Shown here: piece by piece, positions 49,077 through 58,383 of the stretch
Layout: each line of letters starts with the position of its first letter
Position numbering within the stretch: the stretch's first letter is position 1
From: Candidatus Saccharimonadia bacterium
GTDB lineage: Bacteria > Patescibacteriota > Saccharimonadia > UBA4664
Direction of reading: 5' to 3'
NCBI GenBank assembly: GCA_035544015.1
Contig: DATKIP010000076.1
Coordinates: forward strand, 192,299 to 256,298
Length of the DNA: 64,000 nt
Notes under the pieces: model-generated
Told to the model about the DNA's origin: nothing
What the model saw: the letters and a program-made list of their open reading frames with translations, nothing else
Databases searched by the model: none
Program-made: the position numbers and the translations under genes

Positions 49077-49862
49077 ATGCACACCGAGCAAAGATTTCTG
49101 GATGACAAAGGTCGCTTGCGGCAATGGCCGTCTAGGCGTTCCGACAAATTACTGGCGGTGGCTTATTTGGCGACCAAGTTCGACTTCAAGGCCAGCTACA
49201 CTGAATCCGAAGTTAACGAGCTGCTCAAGCAATGGCATACATTCAATGATTGGCCACTTCTTAGGCGCGAGCTTTACGAACAAGGCTTCCTTGATCGCAA
49301 TACCGACGGCTCAAATTATCGCATCAAACGCCTCCAAACCTCGATGCCCGATCTCAGTCTCACAAATCCTAACATCAAAAGCGACCCAGCCATCAGCGTC
49401 GAGTGGCTTGCGGGCGAACCCGGCAAAGAGACCCTTCGGCTCATGGGTAGCACCGAGACAAACAACAAACCGTCAACCCTAAAGGCTGAAGAGCAACGTA
49501 TCCGAGAGTTTATCACATCCACGAATCAGCGAACGTGGAACCTGCACTACAGGACCAAAACAGTCGGGGCAACCTGGATTGACCTTGAGTCGAGTAAATA
49601 CCTTAAGTCTCCATCAATCCACATTATGATCGGCGATCCAAATGTGCGCGGAAAAGGCCTCGCCCAAGCCACCCTGCAGGCGGTTATCGAGCTATTGGAG
49701 AAAGAAGGCGAATACCAACATCTTCACTCAAGACACTTGGTCGAAAATACCGCTTCCGCCAAACTACTCGCAAGGGTCGGCTTCGCCAATGATGGCGACG
49801 AGTACACGGATGCCGATGGACTAGTATTCCAAAATGTTAAGCGGTCACTGCGCCATCAATAA
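49077..49862 (+). CDS. DUF2087-like N-domain fused to a GNAT acetyltransferase
   Basis: C-terminal GNAT motif RGKGLAQATLQAVIELL. ATG at 49077. Confidence 0.5.
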   Translation: MHTEQRFLDDKGRLRQWPSRRSDKLLAVAYLATKFDFKASYTESEVNELLKQWHTFNDWPLLRRELYEQGFLDRNTDGSNYRIKRLQTSMPDLSLTNPNIKSDPAISVEWLAGEPGKETLRLMGSTETNNKPSTLKAEEQRIREFITSTNQRTWNLHYRTKTVGATWIDLESSKYLKSPSIHIMIGDPNVRGKGLAQATLQAVIELLEKEGEYQHLHSRHLVENTASAKLLARVGFANDGDEYTDADGLVFQNVKRSLRHQ

Positions 49863-49993
49863 GGTCTAACATCCATTCCTAAATCTGTACTCACGGGGCC
49901 TCTTTGCCCAGCCATAAAAAAGACTGACCTAACGTCAGTCTTTTTTATTTCCGCTCCACCTCATCGGTAGATGCAAGTCGTTAAAGCCCAAGC

Positions 49994-50602
49994 CTAGTTC
50001 GCTGCCGCCGTAGCCTTGCGGAAATAGCCCCGTGTCGAAGGAATCGCGAGAAGAATGAGGATGAGTATCGAACCCAAGATCACCACAACGTTGCGCGCAT
50101 TCACCAGAGAAGATACCCAGCTAGGGTAGGCGTTAAAGGCCGCATCGACCAGCTTTTGCACATTTAGGCTCTGCAGAGCCGCATCCCCTGTGCTCTTGAA
50201 TACAGACTCCAGCGTCGAAACAACAGCTGCTTGGCTGGCCATGATCAGGAAGTTGCCAGCCAGGACGAGCGGTTGAAGGACCCAAGACAGGATCAGGCCA
50301 GCTCGCTTTCCAGCGAGGTTAAGCCAGGCCAGAGTTATCATGATCAGGGCGACGATGGTAGGGACGATGGTGGCAGCGCCGTTCTCGGTGAAACTGATAT
50401 GGTTCTGGGTCAAAAGAGCAGTCGAATGCCCCTGTCGCACCATCTCGGCGTCCACCGCCGTCTGGACTTGAGCGCCGTACATGAGGCCAATGATGGGTAT
50501 GCTCAAGAAAGCTAACCCAATCAGAGCCTGTACTATCGCCACGACAGTTACGGCTTGAGGACGGCTCCTAGAAGTTTGACGTGAATTGGTTTGTTTGCTC
50601 AT
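49994..50602 (-). CDS. Hypothetical integral membrane protein
   Basis: 202 aa, about 5 TM helices. At the edge of the low-GC island. Confidence 0.45.
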   Translation of the reverse strand: MSKQTNSRQTSRSRPQAVTVVAIVQALIGLAFLSIPIIGLMYGAQVQTAVDAEMVRQGHSTALLTQNHISFTENGAATIVPTIVALIMITLAWLNLAGKRAGLILSWVLQPLVLAGNFLIMASQAAVVSTLESVFKSTGDAALQSLNVQKLVDAAFNAYPSWVSSLVNARNVVVILGSILILILLAIPSTRGYFRKATAAAN

Positions 50603-50772
50603 GATATTTCCTTTTAGTTAGATCGTTATAAAAATAGAATCCCGCGTTTACATTAAATACCGCTTAAATAAAGCACCATTCCCCCCCCAATAACAATATA
50701 AGTCATAATACTATGACTGTCAAGGTAATCTAATGAAAACTATTCTTTTCAAGGAGATGATCGCCCACGCCG

Positions 50773-52188
50773 CTACAGCAACTCAAGCAAGTCCGTCTGG
50801 TCATAATAAGGAATCGGCCGGGCGTCATCGAAGCCAATAAACAGATTAGAAAACAGGGTATTCCGGTCTATAGTATCGCTCGTTAAATTATGAGCTTTCG
50901 ACAAGAACGTTATCGCTTTGCCATTCTGGCTAATAGAGGGATCTAGGCTGTGATTATCACTCGGTACCCCATTGTGCGATGCCCGGCTAATGAGGCGCGT
51001 GGCACCAAAGTTGGTGTAGTACAAAAAGACATCAATATTGGTGGTGTCGGCCCGAACCAAGTTGGGTGCGTAGGACGCGTAAACCACATATTGGCCATCA
51101 CCACTAATATCGGCGGCAAAGCTGTTGTCGGTACCGAGCGCCCCCTTGGTCGATTTGCTAACGAGCGTAGTAGTGCCTTTCGCGCGGTTATAGAGAAATA
51201 CATCCACTTTGTGATTGTTGTCACCGGGCACCAGGTTCGGGGCGGTCGATTCGTAGACGATGAAGTTTCCATCCGTGCTTATGACCGGTTGGGTAGAATT
51301 GCTAGCGCCAAAACCGTATAGGCCACTAGTCACGAAGATAAGATTGTTGTCCCAAAGATCGTATAAATAAATATCGGGCTGACCATTATAATCAAAGCGC
51401 GTGAGCCGTTCGTCGGTTGAAAACGCAATAAAACGACCAGTATCGTTTATGGTCGCGTCCCAAAAACCACTCTCACTAATCTGATCATCCGCATTGGTGA
51501 GCTCAATCACTCGTGTCGTCCGTCCTTCGAGGTTTCGTATAACGAGGCGGTAGCCATCCGTATTGTTTACCGTGCGATGGTAGGTCAGAAATGTCACATA
51601 CCTGCCGTCGCGGGTAATAACCGGCGCCTGGCCGCCGACGCCCGTCTGGATGGCCGGAAGCCGCCGCTTACCGTCTGAGTCAACGTTTACGGCTTGAGTA
51701 TATTTTGTTATCAGGTCATGCACGATTATGTTGGTGCAGGGGTCGGCTGACCCCAGGCAAAATTTGTCCAGGCCAGGCGCCACATCGCGCGCGGTCGTGG
51801 CATAGGCTACGAAGCGACCATCGGCCGAGATCGTCGGCACATAGCTACCGCCCGAGGCCGGCTCGCCCGCCGCATTACGACTAACGAGGATGGTTTTTTG
51901 AGTGATGCGATCGTAAGCGTATACCTGTTCCATGGCGTTATGGGGGCCACTCGTTAGGTTGCTCGACGGTGACGAGAATACCGTTACGCGGCCATCGGCA
52001 CTTACGGTGCGCGCCCGAGCTTTGTGGATGTCTTCATTGGCGCCCGCGCCAGTTTGCCCCTTGGTGGCGAGCGTTGTGGTGCTTAAGCTACTGGCACCGG
52101 CGCTCGCGAGCGGGATCGCAGCTAGGATGCCTCCTGTCATTACGGTTACGATTGCTTGCCATACCCTGGTTTTTAGTAATTTTTCCAT
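50773..52188 (-). CDS. Secreted TolB-like (PD40/WD40-like) beta-propeller protein
   Basis: Signal peptide, then at least 6 PD40-like repeats (ISADGRFVAYAT, ITRDGRYVTFLT, INDTGRFIAFST, ISTDGNFIVYES, ISGDGQYVVYAS, ISQNGKAITFLS). Confidence 0.65.
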   Translation of the reverse strand: MEKLLKTRVWQAIVTVMTGGILAAIPLASAGASSLSTTTLATKGQTGAGANEDIHKARARTVSADGRVTVFSSPSSNLTSGPHNAMEQVYAYDRITQKTILVSRNAAGEPASGGSYVPTISADGRFVAYATTARDVAPGLDKFCLGSADPCTNIIVHDLITKYTQAVNVDSDGKRRLPAIQTGVGGQAPVITRDGRYVTFLTYHRTVNNTDGYRLVIRNLEGRTTRVIELTNADDQISESGFWDATINDTGRFIAFSTDERLTRFDYNGQPDIYLYDLWDNNLIFVTSGLYGFGASNSTQPVISTDGNFIVYESTAPNLVPGDNNHKVDVFLYNRAKGTTTLVSKSTKGALGTDNSFAADISGDGQYVVYASYAPNLVRADTTNIDVFLYYTNFGATRLISRASHNGVPSDNHSLDPSISQNGKAITFLSKAHNLTSDTIDRNTLFSNLFIGFDDARPIPYYDQTDLLELL

Positions 52189-52346
52189 ACGACCCTTTGC
52201 ACATTACTTGCATGCTACTTATAAGCCAACGAGATGAATTTATGATGATACCCGGGGCAAGCATTGCTGGCACCCTCCGTCCCCACTTCATATTTCTTTA
52301 AATTTCTTATGGTATAGTCACCCCAATTAACTTTGTGAGGTTACGG

Positions 52347-52526
52347 ATGCCCAACCTTGGCGTCGGAGAACTATTAGTAATTTTGGCGATCATCTTGCTG
52401 TTGTTCGGGGGCAAGAAACTACCCGAGCTGTCGAGGAGTCTGGGCGAGGGGGTGCGTGAACTGCGCCTGGGTCTCAAGGGAGGATCAGATAAGCCTGATG
52501 AGGCAGCCAAGCGTAAGGCGAAGTAG
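52347..52526 (+). CDS. tatA: Sec-independent protein translocase TatA/E
   Basis: MPNLGVGELLVILAIILLLFGGKKLPELSRSLGEGVRELR, the canonical TatA TM plus amphipathic helix. Confidence 0.8.
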   Translation: MPNLGVGELLVILAIILLLFGGKKLPELSRSLGEGVRELRLGLKGGSDKPDEAAKRKAK

Positions 52527-52533
52527 GGACACC

Positions 52534-53439
52534 ATGCCTGCAAGTTTATCCGGGCGGCAGCCCTTCATCGAGCACCTGCATGAGCTCCGTCGACGGTTAT
52601 TCTGGTCGCTGGGGACGGTGGCGATTGGCGCGGCCGCGGGCTACCAGTTGCATCAGCAGCTGATGGATATCCTGCTTCGGCCCTATGGCCAAAAGTTGTA
52701 CTACTCATCGTTGACCGGCGGTCTCGATTTTCTGATTCGGATTTGCCTATTTTTTGGCATTCTCGTAGCCATTCCAGTGGTGACCTATAATCTGCTGCGT
52801 TTCATCGAGCCGGTCATGAAGCACGGCTTTCATGCCCGCATCCTGAAGCTTTTGGGCTGCTCCGTGGCGTTGGCAGTGGCTGGGATTATGTTTGCGTATT
52901 TTGTCTGCCTGCCGGCCGCCGTTCAGTTTTTGTCCAATTTCGGCGGAGGTCGAATCCAGGCCCTCGTATCGACCGATCAATATCTCAACTTTGTCATGAT
53001 TTACCTGGCTGGTTTCGCGGCCATCTTCCAGCTCCCGCTGATACTCCTGTTTATTAATCACGTCACGCCCTTGCCGCCGAGGACCCTCATGAAGCAACAG
53101 CGCATCTTCATCGTGGCTAGTTTTGTAGCGGCGGCGATCATCACGCCCACGCCGGATGCCGTTAATATGGCCATTATGGCGCTGCCGATGATCCTGCTTT
53201 ACCAGGGCACCATTCTCGTGATCTGGCTGCGCAACCGGGCGAGGAAGGGCCCAGTCGAGCTCGCGCCTGAGCCCGCGCCAGTGGCGGCCTCCCGCGCAGT
53301 GGGCGTACTGGATCTCACGCGGCAGGTACCAGCGCCAAGGCCGCGCCCACCCGCCAACCTGCTCGACCTACGCGCCCCCAGCTGGCCAACCTCGCCCCCA
53401 CCTTCTCATCAGCTAAATTTAAGGACAAAAGACCAATGA
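52534..53439 (+). CDS. tatC: Sec-independent protein translocase TatC
   Basis: HLHELRRRLFWSL N-terminus, 6 TM helices. ATG 8 nt after the tatA stop. Confidence 0.85.
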   Translation: MPASLSGRQPFIEHLHELRRRLFWSLGTVAIGAAAGYQLHQQLMDILLRPYGQKLYYSSLTGGLDFLIRICLFFGILVAIPVVTYNLLRFIEPVMKHGFHARILKLLGCSVALAVAGIMFAYFVCLPAAVQFLSNFGGGRIQALVSTDQYLNFVMIYLAGFAAIFQLPLILLFINHVTPLPPRTLMKQQRIFIVASFVAAAIITPTPDAVNMAIMALPMILLYQGTILVIWLRNRARKGPVELAPEPAPVAASRAVGVLDLTRQVPAPRPRPPANLLDLRAPSWPTSPPPSHQLNLRTKDQ

Positions 53440-53663
53440 CGAACATCAGCCAATCCGTTCGCGAATTATTAAAAAAGGATGTCGACCGCAAGGAATTTCT
53501 GGCTCACATCGGAGCAGCGGTCGTGGCCGTCTCGGGCATTGCGGGCATCATAAAGGCCGTGGCAGAAGCAGACGGCAAAGCCAAGCCGATCTCGGGAGGC
53601 TACGGCGCTAGTGCCTACGGGGGAGCGGCCAAACCGGCCAACGTTCAAAGGCGGTTTCTATAA
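53436..53663 (+). CDS. Hypothetical small protein with a hydrophobic core
   Basis: 75 aa. Overlaps the tatC stop. Confidence 0.3.
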   Translation: MTNISQSVRELLKKDVDRKEFLAHIGAAVVAVSGIAGIIKAVAEADGKAKPISGGYGASAYGGAAKPANVQRRFL

Positions 53664-55016
53664 CGGCTCCGGCTTATGCCTGAACGGGAGCTTCACGATA
53701 AACTCCGTACGATCGCTGCGCGGACTGAGTCTAAGGCTACCCGAAAAACTTGTTTCCACCGTCTGCTTTGCAATAAATAAGCCCAGACCCAGACCGGTTT
53801 TCTTGCTGCTATGGAATGGTTTGAACAATTGCTTTCGCTCAAGCTTGGGAATGCCCCGTCCCCAATCGCTTATGTGAATGCTCATATGCGTATCATCCCA
53901 CCGAGCCGATATATCGACGCGCCGATCATGAGAGGAGATCGCCCCTGCACCGGGATCGGGGTAGGCGTCAATCGCGTTACTCACAAGGGTTGCGATAACC
54001 TGGCCGAAACAGCTGGAGTCACCCAAGTACTCCCGCGAACCAGCCGGAGGCCGCCAGTCGATAGCAACCCCAGCATCCTTGGCTTTGTAATGCAAAAACG
54101 TCACGACTTCGGTCATCTTCCGAACCATGTCGAAGGCTTGCTCCTTGGGCTTTCCCTGCAGCCGTTCGCGCGTGCTATCCACGATGCCCTCGAGGTAAAG
54201 CAGTATTTCCTTGGCCCGGGCGAGTGTTCTCATGTGCTCTTTGTCTTGCAGATCCTCAATCTCAAGATTGAGGGCAGTCAAATGGTTGGCCAGATCGTGC
54301 AGCAAGGCAACTCCTAGCTGGCCCAGTTCGGCAAAACGATACATATGTCGCATTTCTTCTACTTGCATATGGCGCAACTGAGACGTGCGTTTTTTGACTT
54401 GCCGCTCGAGAGTATTCTTTTGAAGCAACAAAGCCGACTCCGCCCGCTTCGCCTGGTCCAGGGAGCGTTCCATGTCTCGGTTGTAGAGCCAACATACGAG
54501 CGCCAGCATGCCAAACACCACGCAGTATGTCAGGACGTCGCCAAAAGTTGATTGGTGCCGCGTCCAAGAAATATCGGGCGAGTGCCAGCCAAAGACAATC
54601 GCCACTTGCGCCCCCATGAGGACCGCACCGGCTGCAAGCGCCGCAAACAGCGAATGACGCGAGGTCAGCAAGACGCCGGCAAGCACAATAACGAGCGCAA
54701 AAATAAGTTCCCCAATCGGGGCATTTAAGCCCCAGGTCCAGATGATCCCGGTGGCTATCAAGATATAGAACGAAATGATCAAGCAGGCCGCCGCATAATG
54801 ATAATTGCGACGTGCCAGCAGCTGGGCCACGGCAATATAGAGCAGTGCCAGACAACAAACACCCATTCCCACGAGCACCTTGGGGCTGGTGAAGACTTCG
54901 TGCCCCGCCCGCACAGCCAGCCAAATCCACACCACCCCTATCCCGAAGTAGCTACCAGCCACCATGGTTTTACAAATCACTTGGATATTACGAAGCGTGT
55001 AATTCAGTGGGTACAT
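53658..55016 (-). CDS. Sensor histidine kinase
   Basis: N-terminal multi-TM sensor. H-box HDLANHLTAL. HATPase N/G boxes at the C-terminus. Confidence 0.8.
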   Translation of the reverse strand: MYPLNYTLRNIQVICKTMVAGSYFGIGVVWIWLAVRAGHEVFTSPKVLVGMGVCCLALLYIAVAQLLARRNYHYAAACLIISFYILIATGIIWTWGLNAPIGELIFALVIVLAGVLLTSRHSLFAALAAGAVLMGAQVAIVFGWHSPDISWTRHQSTFGDVLTYCVVFGMLALVCWLYNRDMERSLDQAKRAESALLLQKNTLERQVKKRTSQLRHMQVEEMRHMYRFAELGQLGVALLHDLANHLTALNLEIEDLQDKEHMRTLARAKEILLYLEGIVDSTRERLQGKPKEQAFDMVRKMTEVVTFLHYKAKDAGVAIDWRPPAGSREYLGDSSCFGQVIATLVSNAIDAYPDPGAGAISSHDRRVDISARWDDTHMSIHISDWGRGIPKLERKQLFKPFHSSKKTGLGLGLFIAKQTVETSFSGSLRLSPRSDRTEFIVKLPFRHKPEPL

Positions 55017-55067
55017 GCTTTCCTAGTAGCCATGAATGACCATATTGCAACGTAAACGCTCCGTTTA

Positions 55068-55745
55068 CTATTTGTCATCAACCATATAGCCAATACCGTA
55101 GGCGGTTTTAATGAGCGATCCCCCAAAAGGACGGTCCACCTTGTCGCGAAGGTTCTTGATATGAACATCGACAGTGTTGTTCCATCCCTCGGTGCCGGCT
55201 TCCCACACATGCTCCAGAATCATCGACCGGGTGAGCGCGCGGCCCTTATTCGCGACCAAGTACTCGAGCACATCAAACTCTTTGCGGCGCAGCGGAATGG
55301 TTACACCCGAGCGCGATACATGGCGGCGGGTAATATTAACGGTGAGATCACTCACGCCGACAATTTTCTCCTCATGTAGTTCGGTGCCTCGGCGCAACAA
55401 CGCGGCAATGTGCGCCTTTAAAACCCCTCCGTTAAATGGCTTTGTTAGGTAGTCGTCTGCACCACAATTAAGGAGTTGGATCGAAGTGAGGGGGTCCTTC
55501 TCGACCGTTAGGACGAGGATAGGAGCAGTAATTTTCAGGCTACGCAGTTCACGACAGACATCCACCCCGCTCATGTCCGGCAACCCAACATCGAGAAGAA
55601 TGAGGCTGTACTGGACTGCGCAGGCACTTTCAACGCCCTCACGACCCGTGTGTACGGAGTCAACTACGTAGTGAGCATAAAGAAGCTTTCTTACGCTGGC
55701 AACAAGCAACTGATTGTCATCAATATAGAGGATTTTCATTATCAA
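55068..55745 (-). CDS. OmpR-family response regulator
   Basis: Receiver (ILYIDDN...LILLDVGLPDMSG) plus a winged-helix DNA-binding domain (VHIKNLRDKV...GIGY). Confidence 0.85.
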   Translation of the reverse strand: MIMKILYIDDNQLLVASVRKLLYAHYVVDSVHTGREGVESACAVQYSLILLDVGLPDMSGVDVCRELRSLKITAPILVLTVEKDPLTSIQLLNCGADDYLTKPFNGGVLKAHIAALLRRGTELHEEKIVGVSDLTVNITRRHVSRSGVTIPLRRKEFDVLEYLVANKGRALTRSMILEHVWEAGTEGWNNTVDVHIKNLRDKVDRPFGGSLIKTAYGIGYMVDDK

Positions 55746-55941
55746 AAATAATTAATTATCTATAAAAGAAAAATACTGAGAACTTATTAAGATGCTATGA
55801 ACTTTTGCGCAAAAACGTGGGGCCGGAATCAACGGTCCCACGGGGCCCAAAAGTGATTTTGGCGATATGTCCAGGAATTCAGACTGAGTTAATCACTAGT
55901 CCATACACTACCGCTATTAGAACTTAAACAAGGATCGTAGA

Positions 55942-56391
55942 ATGAAAAAAATAATGGCTGGATTATTAGCGGCCGTAATCGTGTCGGTAGGTGCAGCATC
56001 GGGCGGCGCCCATGCAGCTGGTACCCCGCCTCAAACCGACGTCACCGGAGTAATCACCGAAAATAGCATAGCGGTGGCCGGTGCGACAGTTACCGTGACC
56101 TGTAACGGTAACGCACAGGTCGACACCACCACGGACGCCCATGGCTCGTATCTCGTAGTTTTCCCCGTGGCTGACTGCGCTTTCGGTGATACCGTCAAGG
56201 TTGTAGCCAAGAAGGGCGGCAAGAGCGGTGTCTCGAGCGGCACGGTTACCGGAATCACCACGAAGCTCAATCTCGCTATTGTGAACGTCTCAATCCCTGA
56301 GTTTGGCCTACTGGGATCGCTCATGGCCGGTACTGCCGGGATCGGCATGCTCGCCTACATGCGCCGCCGCCAACAAGACTTTGAAGCGTAG
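55942..56391 (+). CDS. Small secreted protein with a transthyretin/CarboxypepD_reg-like core and a C-terminal PEFG-hydrophobic-RRR sorting signal (putative exosortase substrate, paralog 1)
   Basis: Signal peptide. Core GVITENSIAVAGATVTVTCNG...TDAHGSYLVVF...DCAFG. C-terminus IPEFGLLGSLMAGTAGIGMLAYMRRRQ. Confidence 0.6.
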   Translation: MKKIMAGLLAAVIVSVGAASGGAHAAGTPPQTDVTGVITENSIAVAGATVTVTCNGNAQVDTTTDAHGSYLVVFPVADCAFGDTVKVVAKKGGKSGVSSGTVTGITTKLNLAIVNVSIPEFGLLGSLMAGTAGIGMLAYMRRRQQDFEA

Positions 56392-56414
56392 CCATCGCTA
56401 GGGTTTTAGAGCCA

Positions 56415-57377
56415 GTGCGCCGACTAAAAACTATCAACCCGCTGCTTCAGCGGGTGATAGTTTTTTCGGTGCTATTCGTTGCCATCTCGGGAGCCATCGG
56501 GCCACGCATTATTAGCGGCGGGATTCTCTTCAGCGGCGGCTTTGCCGTGTATGGCGGAGCCGGCAAGACACTGCTCTTTAGTCTCATCAGCTTCGGGTTG
56601 CTCGTGCGCCGCCGCCGCCTCCTCGTTGCGTTGCAGCCATGGCGCCCCGCCGATCTTGGTTGGATCGTGGCCTCAGCGGCGGCATTGGCCTTGGCATGGG
56701 CAAACATTGCCCGCTTGCTGGCTGGCCAACATCAAGTCCAGGCGATTGCGCTCGCCCACGCCGGCCTCATCTTGGGCATCGCCTTGCTGGCCGTTGGCTG
56801 TCTGGGGGCAAAAAATCTCCGGTCGCTAGGGTCCATATACCGGCGCGAGATCGTGGCCTCGCTGGCTCTCGGCGCCTTATTTTACCTATTTTTGCTGGCG
56901 GTCTACGCCCTCTGGCGTCCGCTGGCCTCCGTGGTGCTCCTTTGTGTCCGAGGTCTGCTCGCCCTAGGCGGCCTTCACGCCGTCATGGTACCGCCCAACA
57001 GCCTCATCTTCGACAAATTCGGCATCACCGTCGCCGAATATTGCTCCGGTATAGAATCCATTGCACTCTTTACGGGCCTCTACGCCATCGTGGGGCTGCT
57101 CGATTGGGCCCGCCTCAATCGCTTCCGCTATTTCGCCATCTTTCCGTTCGCGCTGCTGGCGCTGTTTGGGCTCAACATCCTGCGCGTTTACGGGCTCATC
57201 TTGGCAGGCTACTACATCAATCCCGAGCTTGCTTTCAGCCTGTTCCACACCTACGCCGGCATGGTGTTCTTCATGCTCTATAGCGCCGTTTTTTGGGCCG
57301 TAGCCTACAAATATTTGATTACGACATCGGCGCCTCTTGACCATAAACACGTAATCGCGAAAGGTAACCCATTATGA
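56415..57377 (+). CDS. Exosortase/archaeosortase-family polytopic membrane protein (putative transpeptidase)
   Basis: About 8 TM helices. Conserved AEYCSGIES (Cys) and a LNILR Arg motif 47 residues later, as in EpsH/ArtA-family sortases. Translationally coupled to the paralog genes. Confidence 0.6.
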   Translation: MRRLKTINPLLQRVIVFSVLFVAISGAIGPRIISGGILFSGGFAVYGGAGKTLLFSLISFGLLVRRRRLLVALQPWRPADLGWIVASAAALALAWANIARLLAGQHQVQAIALAHAGLILGIALLAVGCLGAKNLRSLGSIYRREIVASLALGALFYLFLLAVYALWRPLASVVLLCVRGLLALGGLHAVMVPPNSLIFDKFGITVAEYCSGIESIALFTGLYAIVGLLDWARLNRFRYFAIFPFALLALFGLNILRVYGLILAGYYINPELAFSLFHTYAGMVFFMLYSAVFWAVAYKYLITTSAPLDHKHVIAKGNPL

Positions 57378-57757
57378 AAAAGCCCATCATAATCATCAGC
57401 CTAGCCGCCGCAGCCCTGGCCGTCACGGGGGTAACGGCCGCCCGAGCCGCCACTGCTCCGGCCGGCGAAACCGACATCACCGGCATCGTGACGGAGTTTG
57501 GTGTCCCGAGGCAGCGAAACGCGACCTTTGTCGAGTGCAAAGGGCTCCAAAAGTTCGACGATTCCGACGCCAAGGGGGCCTATCTCGTTACCTTTACGGC
57601 CGCGGAATGCCCAGCCGGATCGTCGGTTACGGTCGTAGCCGCCAACGGCAGCCGCCCCGGCCGCGCCTCGGGTACCGTGCGGGGCATTACCACCAAGCTC
57701 AAGACGGCCGCCGTGAACGTGCAAATACCCGGTCCCGAACCGGCGCAGAACCATTAA
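57374..57757 (+). pseudogene. Paralog 2 of the sorting-signal protein family, C-terminal signal disrupted (frameshift/decay)
   Basis: Signal peptide and core conserved (FVECKG...AAECPAGS) but ends ...VQIPGPEPAQNH*. The hydrophobic + YTRRR tail is encoded out of frame at 57791-57906. Confidence 0.45.
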
Positions 57758-57906
57758 GCATGGAAGGCTCGGATGATGATAACGAAAGTAATAAAAACCA
57801 CGTTCTTCGCAGCCGGACTACTAGCCGTCAGTTTGACGCCCTGTCTGGCAAACGCCACCTACACTCGCCGCCGCACCGCCCAAACAGCCCCTCTCGGAGG
57901 TCAATC

Positions 57907-58383
57907 ATGAAACGATTCATCGCGAGCTTGAGTCTGCTGGCTGCCGCGGCGGCAGTTGGTCTGGCGCCGAGCCCAGCCCGGGCTGCCACTCCGGCCGAGG
58001 TGAAAATATCCGGGGTCGTCACCGAGCACGGCCAGCCTGCCGCCGGAGTACAGGTCCTCGGAGATTGCGGGCATTTCGCGAAGTATGGCCAACATCTTAC
58101 CGGTGTCGACGGCGCCTATCAGATTACCTTCACCGTCGATCAATGCCCCATTGGCACTCGTATCAGAGTTTTTGGGTTTACCTCCGACTACCAAAAACGA
58201 GCCGAGGGGGAGGCCGCCGCGCAGCCGGAGGTCGTCATCGACATGGTTCTCACGAGCGTCATCTCCGTGCCCGAATACGGCTGGTTGGGCGGCATTCTAG
58301 TGGGTGGGACTGGATTGGGCGCCCTTGCCTACACCCGCCGCCGGGCCCAATACAGCCCACGAAAGGCAGCCCCACATGCCTAA
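57907..58383 (+). CDS. Sorting-signal family paralog 3 (VPEYG-TM-RRR C-terminus)
   Basis: MKRFIASLSLLAAAAAVGLAPSPARA signal. Core with Cys pair (GDCGH...DQCPIG). C-terminus VPEYGWLGGILVGGTGLGALAYTRRRAQ. Confidence 0.6.
   Translation: MKRFIASLSLLAAAAAVGLAPSPARAATPAEVKISGVVTEHGQPAAGVQVLGDCGHFAKYGQHLTGVDGAYQITFTVDQCPIGTRIRVFGFTSDYQKRAEGEAAAQPEVVIDMVLTSVISVPEYGWLGGILVGGTGLGALAYTRRRAQYSPRKAAPHA

Noticed and set aside
57535-57906. Upstream part of the 282-aa ORF 57535-58383
   Set aside because: Runs through the paralog-2 gene in another frame. The real start of paralog 3 is the ATG at 57907, preceded by a GGAGG RBS and followed by a canonical signal peptide.
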